A DNA stretch of 64,000 nt from Octopus sinensis (Eukaryota), in assembly GCF_006345805.1 (NCBI RefSeq), contig NC_043010.1, positions 47,678,001 through 47,742,000 on the forward strand, written 5' to 3'. The position numbers and the translations under genes are program-made. Below the pieces are notes generated by a model, which had not been told where the DNA came from, did no database searches, and saw only the letters and a list, made by a program, of their open reading frames with translations. Of this stretch, positions 11,853 through 23,320 are shown piece after piece (within the stretch, counting starts at the first letter, position 1; every line of letters begins with the position of its first letter).

Positions 11853-11975
11853 TTTGCGATATTTCTCCCTTTCTTCATTTAATTCTTTCACTTTCCGTTC
11901 GTATTCTTTCATCATTTTCACTTCGTCCTCTGTCCATTCTTCTTCATTTGGTCCAACAACCGGCATCGGTATGTC
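11853..11975 (-). CDS. CFAP43: CFAP43 coding exon 17 DIPMPVVGPNEEEWTEDEVKMMKEYERKVKELNEEREKYRK
   Basis: Overlaps ORF 11829-12011. Matches WT.EE.K..K.YE.KVKELNEER.KYRK. 123 nt. Confidence 0.96.
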
Positions 11976-12600
11976 CTGGAATTTAGAAAGGAAAGATGAA
12001 GCAAAAAACACTATTTTTATTTACTTCTTTTTTAGATCCCTCTTTCTATGTTGGTATGATGTGAGAGGGGGGGAAACATTAGAGAGGTAGAGGAAAAAAG
12101 ATACAGAGAACAGAAGGAAAAGAAGAAAGAGGAAATGGTTTTGAAAGTAGAGACAGAGAGCAGAAGAGTTGTGAAAAGAGAAAAAAAGTTTGGAGAGTAA
12201 AGAGAGAACTTCAATGAGAGAGAAATGAGGGTATGTAAAAGTAACCAACATTCGATGTGAAGCAGATGTAAACCAGATGTTAATGGTTTACAAAGTATCT
12301 GGTAGTCTACTTTTAAATCCTGACAAGATGTATTTTTTGAAATATGGACATAAAGAAAATATCTTGTTCCCTGAATGTATGTATTCATTAAAGGTTGTAA
12401 AGTATTTTAATAGATACAGTTTTTTGAGTGAACACACTGAACATTTTCTAGACCCATTAATATAGAGTCTGAATCAAGAGGGGATTTTCCATTTGGTATC
12501 AAAATTGGTCCCTTTGTCCTTTAAGTTTCCAGATTAAAGCTGAAAGGGTTGAATGTCTCTTATTACGTTATCTAAAATTTGAAAGATGGTTGTTATATCT

Positions 12601-12601
<1 letters not shown>

Positions 12602-12641
<40 letters not shown>

Positions 12642-12696
12642 GTCATCGTCATCATCATCATCGTCATCATCATCATCATCATATCATCATCATCAT

Positions 12697-12739
<43 letters not shown>

Positions 12740-12788
12740 CATCATCATCATCATATCATCATCATCATCATCATCATCATCATATCAT

Positions 12789-12852
<64 letters not shown>
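12602..12852. repeat. (CAT)n microsatellite
   Basis: Direct reading; forms the tail of the adjacent family C element. Confidence 0.95.
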
Positions 12853-12853
<1 letters not shown>

Positions 12854-13257
12854 TTAACGTCTGTTTTCCATGCTAGCATGGGTTGGACGGTTTGACAGGG
12901 GATCTGGGAAGCCAGAAGGTTGCACCAGGTTCCAGTCTGATCAGGCAGTGTTTCTACAGCTGGATGCCCTTCCTAACGCCAACCACTCCGTGAGTGTAGT
13001 AGTGGGTGCTTTTTAGGTGCCAGGCGAGACTGGCAACAGCCACAATCAGATTGGTGCTTTTTACGTGCCACCGGCATGGAAGCCAGTCAAAGCGGCGGTG
13101 GCATCGGCCACGTTCAGATGGTGCTTTTTACGTGCCACAAGCACAGGGATCACAACTACAATTTCCATTGATTTTTGATGTTGCTGTACTTGACTCAATA
13201 GGTCTCCTCAAGCACAGGGTCGAAACGGTGTTTCTTTACTTGCCACCTGCACGTATG
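12853..13257 (-). mobile_element. Family C element (about 50-bp minisatellite units + V-domain-like ggcgttaggaagggcatccagc + (GAT)n tail)
   Basis: Related copies at 22835-23320, 27755-28245, 41550-41995, 59375-59818; 3' stub at 26845-26960. Confidence 0.8.
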
Positions 13258-14110
13258 ACCATTGTTGCAGTTTGCTGAAACCTGTGCTTCATAAACAATG
13301 TAAGATATATTGCACTCCTGTCCTAGAGGACATTTAGATTTGTCTCCACATGTGCATCAGGGGCAGACTTGAGTTGTCCGTTGCTTATTGATATACGACT
13401 TAACACTAGGAGAACAAGAAGAGATAACTTTTATTGTGTTTCCATTAAAGATTTTATTGTATCTATGGGTTCTAAGGAAGTGGATATCTGCTAAGTGCAA
13501 GAATCTTCTACCTACATTTATGCTGACATTAAGGGAGAAGGCAGGGTGGGGATGGGTTGGGGTGGGGGGCAAACAATAAAATTTTCCAAGACCTATTCTT
13601 ACTACTAGATGATAGAGGAGGCAGGTGAAGAAGATTTTATCAGTAAAGCTGCTATCCTGTAGGGCCTTATAATAATGTGGGGTAGCCTTTTTGAATATTT
13701 CTTTAGAAGAAGAAAGGCATGTGATCCTACAGCTAATTTTTGGAATTAAGTTCTGAAATACAATAGGTGAGTGACAGGAGTGTTTATTAATATATTTAAG
13801 GTTTTCGTTAGGTTTGTGGAAGGGCTCATAAGAATTAGCTTTAAGATCTAAGGAAACATCTAAAAAGTCAGTTTTAGCTAGGTTAGTATAAATAGATACT
13901 TTAAGCCCTAAAGAGTTGAAGGTAGAAATTAATTGCTTTCTAAAGGAATCCATAGTATGGCCATCACAACTGTGTGACACTGCTAAAGTATCGTCACAGT
14001 ATATACTGATGCTATGACCAGGAAGTTTCAAATTAAGATGCTTTAATATAAACCAACTAAATAACATATATCCATGCTATTATATGAACCCATTGAGACA
14101 CCAAATAATT
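13258..14110 (-). mobile_element. Penelope-like element fragment (RT motifs 4-7, thumb, CxCx5Cx5C linker, start of GIY-YIG)
   Basis: GVSMGSY, IYCDD (probably from YRDD), FLDVSLDL, PFHKPN, KIFNGNTIKV; after one TGA the frame continues CTCGDKSKCPLGQECNISYIVYEAQV. Confidence 0.88.
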
Positions 14111-14214
14111 CGCTTTGAAAATCTTTTTTTTTTTTGATCCAAAAATATCCATTATTGAATAACAATGTGTATAGATAACAGCATCAGTTTACATCACACA
14201 AAAAAAAAAGTCAC

Positions 14215-14385
14215 CTTCTTCAATTCATCTTCTTTTCTGATCTCAAGAACACCACCCATCATGTCCATTATACCTCTTTCATGGGAATTGTCAGCTCTTT
14301 CCAGCCTTATACGCTCCTCTTCAATGCGTTTGGCTTCTTCTATGGCTTTTTTCTCCTCGGCAGTCAGGTACCTTTCAATTGTGAC
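14215..14385 (-). CDS. CFAP43: CFAP43 coding exon 16 VTIERYLTAEEKKAIEEAKR...ERGIMDMMGGVLEIRKEDELKK
   Basis: Overlaps ORF 14194-14391. Diagnostic MDMMGGVLE motif. Acceptor ttttgcag, donor GTGACT. 171 nt. Confidence 0.96.
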
Positions 14386-14510
14386 CTGCAAAATTTAAAG
14401 ACGTGTGTAGTATGCAGGGGACTATCGTTAATTATACTGAATGAAACAGAGAGGTGAATGAGACTATAAACACTCAAGAAGAGAATGAGTATGTCTAGAA
14501 AGACATAGAT

Positions 14511-15155
14511 GATTTCAAAATTTGGCACAAGGCCAGCAAGTTCAGGGGAAGGGTAAGTCAATTACATTGACCCCATTTTACAACTGGTACTTAATTTATT
14601 GACCCTGAAAGGAATGAAAAGCAAAGTCAACCTCAGCAGAATTTGAACTCAGAACACGAAGACAGATGGAATGCCACTAAGCATTTTGCCTGGATGCTAA
14701 CATTTCTTATTTCTTTATTGCCCACAAGGGGCTAAACATAGAGGAGACAAACAAGGACAGACAAAGGGATTAAGTCGATTACATTGACCCCAGTGTGTAA
14801 CTGGTACTTAATTTATGGACCTTGAAAGGATGAAAAGCAAAGTCAACCCTGGTGGAATTTGAACTCAGGACATAACAGCAGACGAAATACCAATAAGCAT
14901 TTTGCCTGGCCTGCTAGCATTTCTTATTTCTTTATTGCCTACAAGGGGCTAAACATAGAGGGGACAAACAAGGACAGACAAAGGGATTAAGTCGATTACA
15001 TTGACCCCAGTGCGTAACTGGTACTTAATTTATCGACCCTGAAAGGATGAAAGGCAAAGTCAACCCCAGCAGAATTTGAAATCAGAACGTAACAGTAGAC
15101 GAAATACCAATAAGCATTTTACCTGGCGTGCTAGCATTTCTGCCAGCTCACCTCC
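14511..15155 (-). mobile_element. Head-to-tail trimer of SINE family B (tRNA head + Meta-like domain gcctttcatcctttcggggtcgataaa)
   Basis: Three bodies with about 217-bp period, joined at catttct|tatttct (about 14707 and 14924). Confidence 0.88.
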
Positions 15156-15262
15156 TTGGCAGATGTAAATATTGAAACATTCCTCATCTTCAAAGGCAAG
15201 GTTTAAAGTCTGAAATTTCTTAATCTTAACTCTTTAATAGTTTTAAACCCAAAACTACTTAC

Positions 15263-15469
15263 TTCAGAATCATCGACTACAAAGGCCAATTCCGGTTTCT
15301 CCGCTACAGTAAATTTTGGAACGAGGACCTCTTCACCTAGCTGAAGGTCAGCTATGATCACACTAACTCGCTTGTTCCTCTCTTTGATTTTGCCAATCTC
15401 TATTTCTTTGCGGTTATACAACTCATCAAACTCCTTGTTGAAGGTTTCCTTTATTTTGTAGATGATGCC
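15263..15469 (-). CDS. CFAP43: CFAP43 coding exon 15 GIIYKIKETFNKEFDELYNRKEIEIGKIKERNKRV...AEKPELAFVVDDSE
   Basis: Overlaps ORF 15203-15421. Acceptor cattcccag, donor GTAAGT. 207 nt. Confidence 0.95.
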
Positions 15470-15557
15470 CTGGGAATGATTTGGAAAACAGGAGGACTTA
15501 CAGCAGTAAGAAGATTATATGTTAGTATGTATGAGTGTGTGTGTGTGTGTATGTATG

Positions 15558-15591
<34 letters not shown>

Positions 15592-16175
15592 TGTATGTAT
15601 GTATGTATGTATGTATGTATGCATGTATGTATGTATGTATTCTTTTGTTCTTTTATTTGTTTCAGCCATGCAGCTGTGGTCATGCTGGAGCACCATCGTA
15701 TGTATGAATATATAGATATATGTGTATGTGTTTGTGCAAGCATGTGAATGTATATATGTGGTTGTATGTGGGTGTGTATATGTGTGTATGATACATTAGT
15801 AAAGGGATAGAGAGAGAAACAGACAGACAGACAGACAGATAGATAGACTGACAGACAGACAGACAGACAGATAGATTGACTGACAGACAGGCAGGTAAAT
15901 AGACAGAAATAGAATCAGAGATACAGATCTAGTATGTGTGTGAAAGAGAGAGAAGAAAAGAAAAAAAGAGAGAGAGAGAAAGAAAGAGATAGTATTGTTG
16001 TGTGCATATATTTTTATTTTAGTTTTTCAAACGAGTATGCAATAAACACCAACACAAGCCCCACATGTTCATAAAACTGATGCTTTGTACTATATTCAGG
16101 GGCATTGAGTAATGGAGAGATCGATATCCTCCTGGATAGAGTACATCAGTGTATTCATATTGTGTTGTGGGTATA

Positions 16176-16392
16176 TTAAGGGGTGCTGAAAACCTCCTGG
16201 TTTTGAGTAAAATAAAATGCAGGAGGATCCATTAATTATGATTTTATTCAACATATTCCCCTTTCAGATTCACACACGTATTGTAGCAATCCTTCAGTTT
16301 CTCTAAGCCCCGTAAAAGAACTCAAAAAGTTGAGCCTCCAGCCAGGCCTTTCACAGTACTCTTAAAGCCAGGAACTTTGCAGCCCCTCCTCA
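16176..16392. mobile_element. Mariner-type MITE, copy 2
   Basis: gggtgctgaaaac..cctgg ... ccaggaactttgcagcccc; same internal sequence as 4625-4807. Confidence 0.75.
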
Positions 16393-16427
16393 TATAAATA
16401 AGAAGAACATAAGGGAATTTTAATAAC

Positions 16428-16519
16428 CTGTAACAGAATTATCTGTGATATCTTCTGGTCTCGACTGTGAAGCTCCAGTTGGTTATACAAGTATGCACTC
16501 TCACCACCATATGCAGAAC
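16428..16519 (-). CDS. CFAP43: CFAP43 coding exon 14 GSAYGGESAYLYNQLELHSRDQKISQIILLQ
   Basis: Acceptor ttttcttctccag, donor GTTATT. 92 nt. Matches the hallmark QLELHSR..KI.QIILL. Confidence 0.95.
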
Positions 16520-16613
16520 CTGGAGAAGAAAAGAGCCATGAATAATAATTGGTTTCAGATTAAGGTACAGGGCCAGCAGTTTAGAGGGGAGTGAGGAAGT
16601 TGGGCCCATCTAC

Positions 16614-16839
16614 TGAGCTGGCAGAAATGTTAGCACGCCGGGCAAAATGCTTAGCGGTATTTGATCTGCTTTTATGTTCTGAGTTCAAATTCCGCTGAGG
16701 TTGACTTTGCCTTTCATCCTTTCAGGGTCGATAAATTAAGTACCAGTTACGCACTGGGGTCGATGTAATCGACTTAATCCCTTTGTCTGTTCTTGTTTGT
16801 CCCCTCTATGTTTAGCTCCTTGTGGGCAATAAAGAAATA
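16614..16839 (+). mobile_element. SINE family B copy
   Basis: tgagctggcagaaatgttagc ... gggcaataaagaaatag. Further copies near 18185-18380, 19197-19425, 29748-29985, 35365-35570, 39735-39950, 44035-44250. Confidence 0.88.
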
Positions 16840-16985
16840 GCTTGACTAGTACCTAGTTCTATCAACCCCAGAGAGATGAATGGTAAAGTAACCCTCAGTG
16901 GGATTTGAATTCAGAATGTTTGGAGCTAGAACAAATACCACAAAGTAATGCTTTCCAACACTCAAAGGATTCTGCCAATTTACTG

Positions 16986-16986
16986 C

Positions 16987-17026
<40 letters not shown>

Positions 17027-17030
17027 TAAA

Positions 17031-17074
<44 letters not shown>

Positions 17075-17148
17075 TAATAATAATAAAAATAAAAATAATA
17101 ATAATAATAATAATAATGATAATAATAATAATAGTAATAGTAATAGTA

Positions 17149-17189
<41 letters not shown>
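16986..17189. repeat. (AAT)n microsatellite
   Basis: Direct reading. Confidence 0.95.
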
Positions 17190-17191
<2 letters not shown>

Positions 17192-17747
17192 ATGCCCTGA
17201 TGCAGTACCAGGCAGTGGCTCTCATGGCTTCTGATCTTAACTGATTGGAAGTGTTATCATGTACATTGTTTTGTCTTGGTATAAAAGATGGGCTACAGCA
17301 AATATTCTGCTCAATACCACAGATTTTCTTGTCAGTTGTTTGACCTTTACCAGTTGACCATGTCCCTTAGTTGCAGATGATATGTGCATCTCTGATCACG
17401 AGCAGAAGTAGTGGGGGAGCATCATAGCCATGTGTTGAGAGGGATTCTTTGGGGTTTGAATAATTCACCTCTGGAAACATGGGTGGTTCTTTCAACATCC
17501 TTAAACAATCCTTATTCAGGGACCTTTTGAGCAGGATGGGCTACTCAAGCTGAAGAAAATTCTAACTGGGCCCCACCTGCAAGGTCATGTGCTGTTTATC
17601 TTGATATGAGATCACCATGTCACGCACATATGGTTGTGATGCATGTGCCTGGTGTACGCTTATCAGACGGGTAGTCATGATGGGTATATTGGACTTCGTA
17701 TATTTTACCCCAGTGTCACTTTGATGGCATGAACTGCTCTCTCACTC

Positions 17748-17749
<2 letters not shown>
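17192..17749 (-). repeat. Family E element, copy 2
   Basis: Flanked on both sides by (AAT)n. Confidence 0.85.
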
Positions 17750-17792
<43 letters not shown>

Positions 17793-17793
<1 letters not shown>

Positions 17794-18161
17794 GCAAGAG
17801 CACCCAGAGAGCGCAAACCTCCGCCAAGGCAACACCAACGTCCTCTCAATGATTAGCCGGAGATGGTCTTTAAAATGAGAATATCTGAAATAAACTTGAC
17901 TGTTCTCACTAACAGGAATACTAAAAATGAACTCAACCGCTCTCAAAAATTAAGTAAAAAAAAAAAACAGAAAAAATAATCCAGAATCCTTGTCCGCTAC
18001 TGGATCAATCGCAAAATCTAATCAGTTCATGCCAGTCGTGAGGCCAAACATCCCTGAAAGTTTCATTTGAATCCATCCTGCAGTTCTTGAGATATTTTGT
18101 CAACAGACAAACAAACAAACACGAGTGAAAACAATACCTCTACCTTCACTAAGGTGGGGGC
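17793..18161 (+). mobile_element. Helentron-associated (HINE/DINE-1-like) non-autonomous element
   Basis: 5' caagagcac..aacctccgccaagg, internal aaagtttcatttgaatccatcc..gagatatt..acagacaaac, 3' aaaacaatacctc..aaggtgggg. Confidence 0.55.
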
Positions 18162-18441
18162 AATAATAACAACAATAATAATCATTTCTGCTATAGGTAC
18201 AAGGCCTGAAATTTGGGGGAAGGGTAAATTGATTATATCGACCCCAGTACTCAACTGGTACTTAATTTATCAACCCTGAAAGGATGAAAGCAAATTCGAC
18301 CTTGGCGGAATTCGAACTCAGAATGTAGTGACAGACAAAATACTGCTACGCATTTTTCCCCCGGCAAGTTAACGAGTCTACCTACTCAACTTATTATTAT
18401 TATTATTACTATTATTATTATTATTACTATTATTATTATTA

Positions 18442-18522
<81 letters not shown>

Positions 18523-18568
18523 AATCTTTTATCAATATAACGGGAAGAGAATTATCAGTTAAACTTAC

Positions 18569-18626
18569 CAAAACTTCCTGCAATTGCAGTGGACATTTGC
18601 ATCTCTTCTGCTCTGCTTTCAATTGT
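18569..18626 (-). CDS. CFAP43: CFAP43 coding exon 13 TIESRAEEMQMSTAIAGSF(G)
   Basis: Acceptor ttggctcttactaaag, donor G|GTAAGT. 58 nt, ends in phase 1 as the next exon requires. Confidence 0.75.
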
Positions 18627-18929
18627 CTTTAGTAAGAGCCAAGAAATAAGAGAAATATACAAGCAAATTATTACAAGCTCCACAACATTGAAGATGAAAT
18701 TTAAATAAACTTGGCTATAACAAAGGAAAATAAAAGAAAAAGAGAAATAACAATGAATATGGAATTAAGATGCTCAAATTTTTCCTCTTTCTTCCCCTTC
18801 TCTTCCTTTCCCTTTTTTTTCTTTCTTTTTTCCACCCCGTTATGTCAACTTCTGAGAGAAACAGAAACATCATCTGTAGTGGTGATGAAGCTTTGGGGAC
18901 TCTAAGAATTGAAACGGTCTGATGTTTAA

Positions 18930-19672
18930 CCCTTTGACAATGGTTGGCACAAATATGCGATCACACTTTTGCTTGCCTACCCGCGGTTAACGTAAATATA
19001 CAATGTAGAGCTGCCCTACATCTATCACAGACTTTTTAGCGGCTGACGTATGTTTGCGTTTGCTGTCGTGTACTTTATCTCTTGAGGTGCACACGCTCGC
19101 CATCCCGTGCATTAGCTTAGCTATTTTAGATTACGTTCAAGTCATGAGACTAGCAGTAGACCAATGACATGCGGATACTTTACATGCATAATACCGATTT
19201 CTTTATTAACCACAGGAGACTAAACATAGAGAGGACAAACAAGGACAGACAAATGGATTAAGTCGATTATATCGACCCCAGTGCGTAACTGGTACTTAAT
19301 TTATCGACCCCGAAAGGATGAAAGGCAAAGTCGACCACGGCGGAATTTGAACTCAGAACGTAACGGCGGACGAAATACGGCTACGCATTTCGCTCGGCGT
19401 GCTAATGTTTCTGCCAGCTCGCCGGTGCTTTGAGTTGTACCACACGCAAGCTATTTTCTGAACTTGAGCAGAATAACACGTGCATGTCATATTATGATAA
19501 ATAGCTTCACATAGTTCGTTTTCATAGATGTAAATGTATGATGCTATGTTATTGTAATGGTGAACCTAAATAGATGTGAGCTCGTTGGCACTTGTGTGTT
19601 TGTGTGGCCTCATTAGATAAAAAAAACCTGAGCAGTGTCTTGCATGCTGCGGGTAATACAGGCATCAAGGGG
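18930..19672. mobile_element. piggyBac-type non-autonomous element with a nested SINE B (19197-19425)
   Basis: TTAA|CCCTTTGA ... TCAAGGGG|TTAA. Confidence 0.7.
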
Positions 19673-20423
19673 TTAACATATGGATAGAAGAATGTAGCCA
19701 AGTCATTTACTTTAGACCCTTTGGAACTATTTTTTCAAAGGTGGTACTGTTATAATTATTGTTGCCTTTGTCCTTAGTGGCCAAAATATATTGAAAGGCA
19801 ATGTTGCACTGTGTTTGTGAATACATCTTTAGACCATCAGCCTCAATCCAAACAGACAGAACAAATTTTTTTTCTTCCTCTTTTGCTCTTTTCTTTTCTT
19901 TTAAACATACTCATGTAAGGACATGTTCTTGTGAACATTCATATTTATTTCTATATTCATTGACTGACAAATGTTCATATATGGTCATAAGTTCAAATGA
20001 TATTACAGTTATTGCATCATGTTCCAAGGTAAAGCGCTTCACTTTGCTTGCCAAAGCCTACCTTATAAGGCTGATGACTGGTTCCACTCTGACCTGAAGG
20101 TTGAGTGGTTCATAGTAAGGAGAGACAGACAGACAGACAGAAACAAAGAGAAATGGGGAAAGGAAATCAAGTAGCTGTAATAAAACAGATTATTTACTTT
20201 GACCCCATGTAATAATACAAGGTTGCAAAAATTAACTCTTGCTAAAATGAAATAAAACAGTCAAACATAAAACTTCAAAAACATTTTCCAAAATTTTATA
20301 AGAAAAAATTTAAAATTCAAAATTCAACAATTATAAAGCTACATTTCTACAGTTGAGCTATTTAATAATAATGACAAAACATATTTTAATGTTGGTAATT
20401 AAAGCTAATACACAGAAATTTAA

Positions 20424-20639
20424 CCCTTCAGCATTCAGATTACTCTGTAAAATGTAATGTTTATTTATTCCCATTGTTTCAAATTAATCATGAATTATCT
20501 TGTGACTTTAAGATTTCAATGATGTGATTGTTTATTTTCAGAATTGTAGGGTAGGTGGGAGAGACTAGATCTGGTCAGTCTGGGCATAAAGCAGATAGAT
20601 TATTTAGGCTGGATATAGCTGGTTTTAATGCCCAAAGGG
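20424..20639. mobile_element. piggyBac-type MITE (about 215 bp)
   Basis: TTAA|CCCTT ... AAAGGG|CTAA. A second copy at about 57936-58623 is split by a SINE A. Confidence 0.65.
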
Positions 20640-20704
20640 CTAAAATGGAAAAGAGCAACAGGGCCAATGGCTTGATTTGAACTTTATATCTGTCATTTTG
20701 TCAT

Positions 20705-20927
20705 TTAGAACAGCAGAAATACTGGGTAAATTATCCTTACAAGGCAGAAAAATTTATCAAACAGCCATGGGACTTGAACCCACATCCCTCAAGACTCTGG
20801 CTGAGTGTTTTACCATTAAGCTAAACTGCCCGAGGCTTGGGGGATGTGGGTTCGAATCTCATGGCTGTTTGTTAACAAATTTTTTCACCTTGTAAGGCTA
20901 ATTTAACCAGCATTTCTGCTGTTCTAA
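20705..20927. repeat. Inverted repeat (about 90-bp arms) containing a tRNA-like head
   Basis: The minus strand of 20760-20830 reads GCAGTTTAGCTTAATGGTAAAAC..GGGTTCAAGTCCCATGGCTG (A and B boxes). Confidence 0.75.
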
Positions 20928-22834
20928 CAGAAATTCTGAGTTCGAAAAAATATCATCTTCTTGTTTGTATTGTACAATTCACATTTCAATGCTTCTAATA
21001 AAAACAAATTGACCAGAGTTAGTCATAAATTTTTTGCCTGTCATGTAGATCACATGTACCACACAGGACATATTTCCCTCGCATCCATGCATTATATATG
21101 AGACATTTTCCCAAGTTTTTCCAACCACCATAATTACTTGGGATTTATGGAAAGCATGGAAAGGAAAGCATTATATTACCCTGAATATATGAAACAAGGG
21201 CTAACTAAAGGCTGAAAACAAGCATGGACATTTAGAACAAACTTATGAAAATACTTTGGATAGGCAAAGGGTTAAGATAACTATTGATTTTTCTCACTAA
21301 GGGTGTAATACCAATTAAAAAGTTTCTTGCTCCACCCATTAACTATGACAGCTCCCACTTTACTATCTGTTTTCCATGCAGTAAGAGTCCCTGGGCATTT
21401 CAATCTTTAGCTCCAAACACTTTTATATTAAAGAGAATCAGTTTTAAGTAGAAATGAAAGCAACATCTAACAAATTGTACATCTCACAAGATGTCTTATT
21501 TTGTGAGTTTTCAAGCCTCAGAGATGAAAGGAAGCTCAGAATGAACACATAACAGTTAAGGAGAAACATATATTTCACTGATCAATGGCATAAAAAGGGT
21601 TGAATTCTGGTTTATTTACCCCATATAATCTCATAACTTTAAAAAAATTTCTTTTGAATTTTCAGAAAACTTTAGCAAATCTGTGTTCTACACACAGGAA
21701 TTCATACAATTATTAAAAAAATTTTTTTTTTAATTATTTTATCCCTGCCCTCCCCCATAAATCCTAAAAGTTCCACTCTTTTTCGAATTTTTTTTTTTAA
21801 ATAAGAGATTAATATTCTTAAACCAGAATTCCACTGTAAAAAGGTCACTGGTCAAATGGAGTGACCGATTTCTAAGTGGTGGTGGTAGTGGTGATGGAGT
21901 AGTGGCAGTAGTGATGGGATTAAAGAAATGATAAGCCACATATGATGACATGCATACAGTCTCCAAGATGTACCATAAGTTTTAACAAACAAGAATCAAA
22001 GATAAAAGCTGAAAATTCAAAGTAAATGTGTAGCATTGCATTAAACAAAGGAAGGGATTAAACTGATAACTAAATTAATCTGTTTCATTTTGGGATTTAG
22101 TTTGCAAGATAGTCAAGACTATTGAAAAGGTTGCGAGACGCAACGAAAATTTTAGGAAAATAAAAATAAGAAATATGTGGAAATTTTACCGGTGAGTGTG
22201 TTACATTATAAGGCACAAAAAGAAAATGACTCTCCCCAGACACAACATAAATTAATCTGGTCATCATCTATTAAATATGCCAACACAAACTACAGCATGG
22301 TGTATGGCGATGAGAATCTACAAGCCTTGAAGATAGGCAAAAAGCTAAAAGACGGTGAAAGCATAAAAAAGAGGCAGTGTGAGAAGCTGCGTAGGATGAG
22401 GCTAGGTGAAATGCGTTGAAAGAGGCACAAGCATGTAATATCTTTAGGTATTAGAAAATCTATTCAAGCAGACCTTGGGTTTGTCTTCAGCAACCTGGTA
22501 GTGTATTTGGTCCTGTTTAAATAGATGTACAGATAAGATACAAGTGGTTATAACAACAACAATAGCACCATGACCATTATTAGTTTATAGATGGAAATTG
22601 TCTCTTGAGTTGTATTTTTTTTTTTTATTATCTGCGATGTATGAAGAGCAGTATCTCTCTTATATGTGGTGAGAAGAATTTCTTACAAAGACACAAGAAG
22701 GGGCAGAATTAGAAAACTATATCGACCCCATTACATCACTGAAACTTTTTTTCAACCCCAGAAGGATGGAAAACAAAGTTGACCTTGGAAGGATTTGAAC
22801 TCAGAATGTAAAGAGCAGGAACAAATAAAGCAAG

Positions 22835-23320
22835 TGCCAGTAAGGCAACGCTGGTAATGATCACACTCGAACAGTGCCTTTTATGTACCACTGGCTTCCG
22901 TGCTAGTGGCACATAAAAGGCACCATTCGAGTGTGATCGTTACCGGCATCGCCTTACTGGCACTTGTGCCCTTGCTAGTAGGGTGCCAAGAGCACCATCC
23001 GAGCATGATTGTTGCCAGAGCGGCTAACTGGCTTCTGTGCTGGTGGCGCGTAAAAGGTACCATTCAAGTGTGATCGTTACCAGCGTCGCCTTACTGGCAC
23101 CTGTGCCGGTGGCATGTATAAAAAAATTCGAGCGAGGTCATTGCCAGTACCGCCAGACTGGCCCCTGTGCCAGTGACACGTAAAAAGCACCCATTACACT
23201 CTCAGTGTGGTTGGCAGATCAAGATTGGAGCCTGGTGCAGCCATCTGATTCGCCAGCCCTCAGTCAAAATCGTCCAACCCATGGAAAGCAGACGTTAAAC
23301 GATGATGATGATGATGATGA
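22835..23320 (+). mobile_element. Family C element with inverted 5' segment
   Basis: About 22835-22890 is the reverse complement of about 22905-22965; ends gacgttaaac(gat)n. Confidence 0.8.

Noticed and set aside
13357-13359. In-frame TGA in the PLE fragment as a possible selenocysteine codon
   Set aside because: All four linker cysteines are TGY and the TGA sits just before them. CGA-to-TGA decay is simpler, and no SECIS was identified.
20062-20093. Candidate 32-nt CFAP43 exon (ttcag ... GTAGGC)
   Set aside because: It would break the frame between exons 12 and 13 and has no recognisable CFAP43 similarity.
20760-20830. Functional tRNA gene
   Set aside because: The acceptor and anticodon stems are poor and the sequence is embedded in an inverted repeat; it is treated as a tRNA-derived element head.
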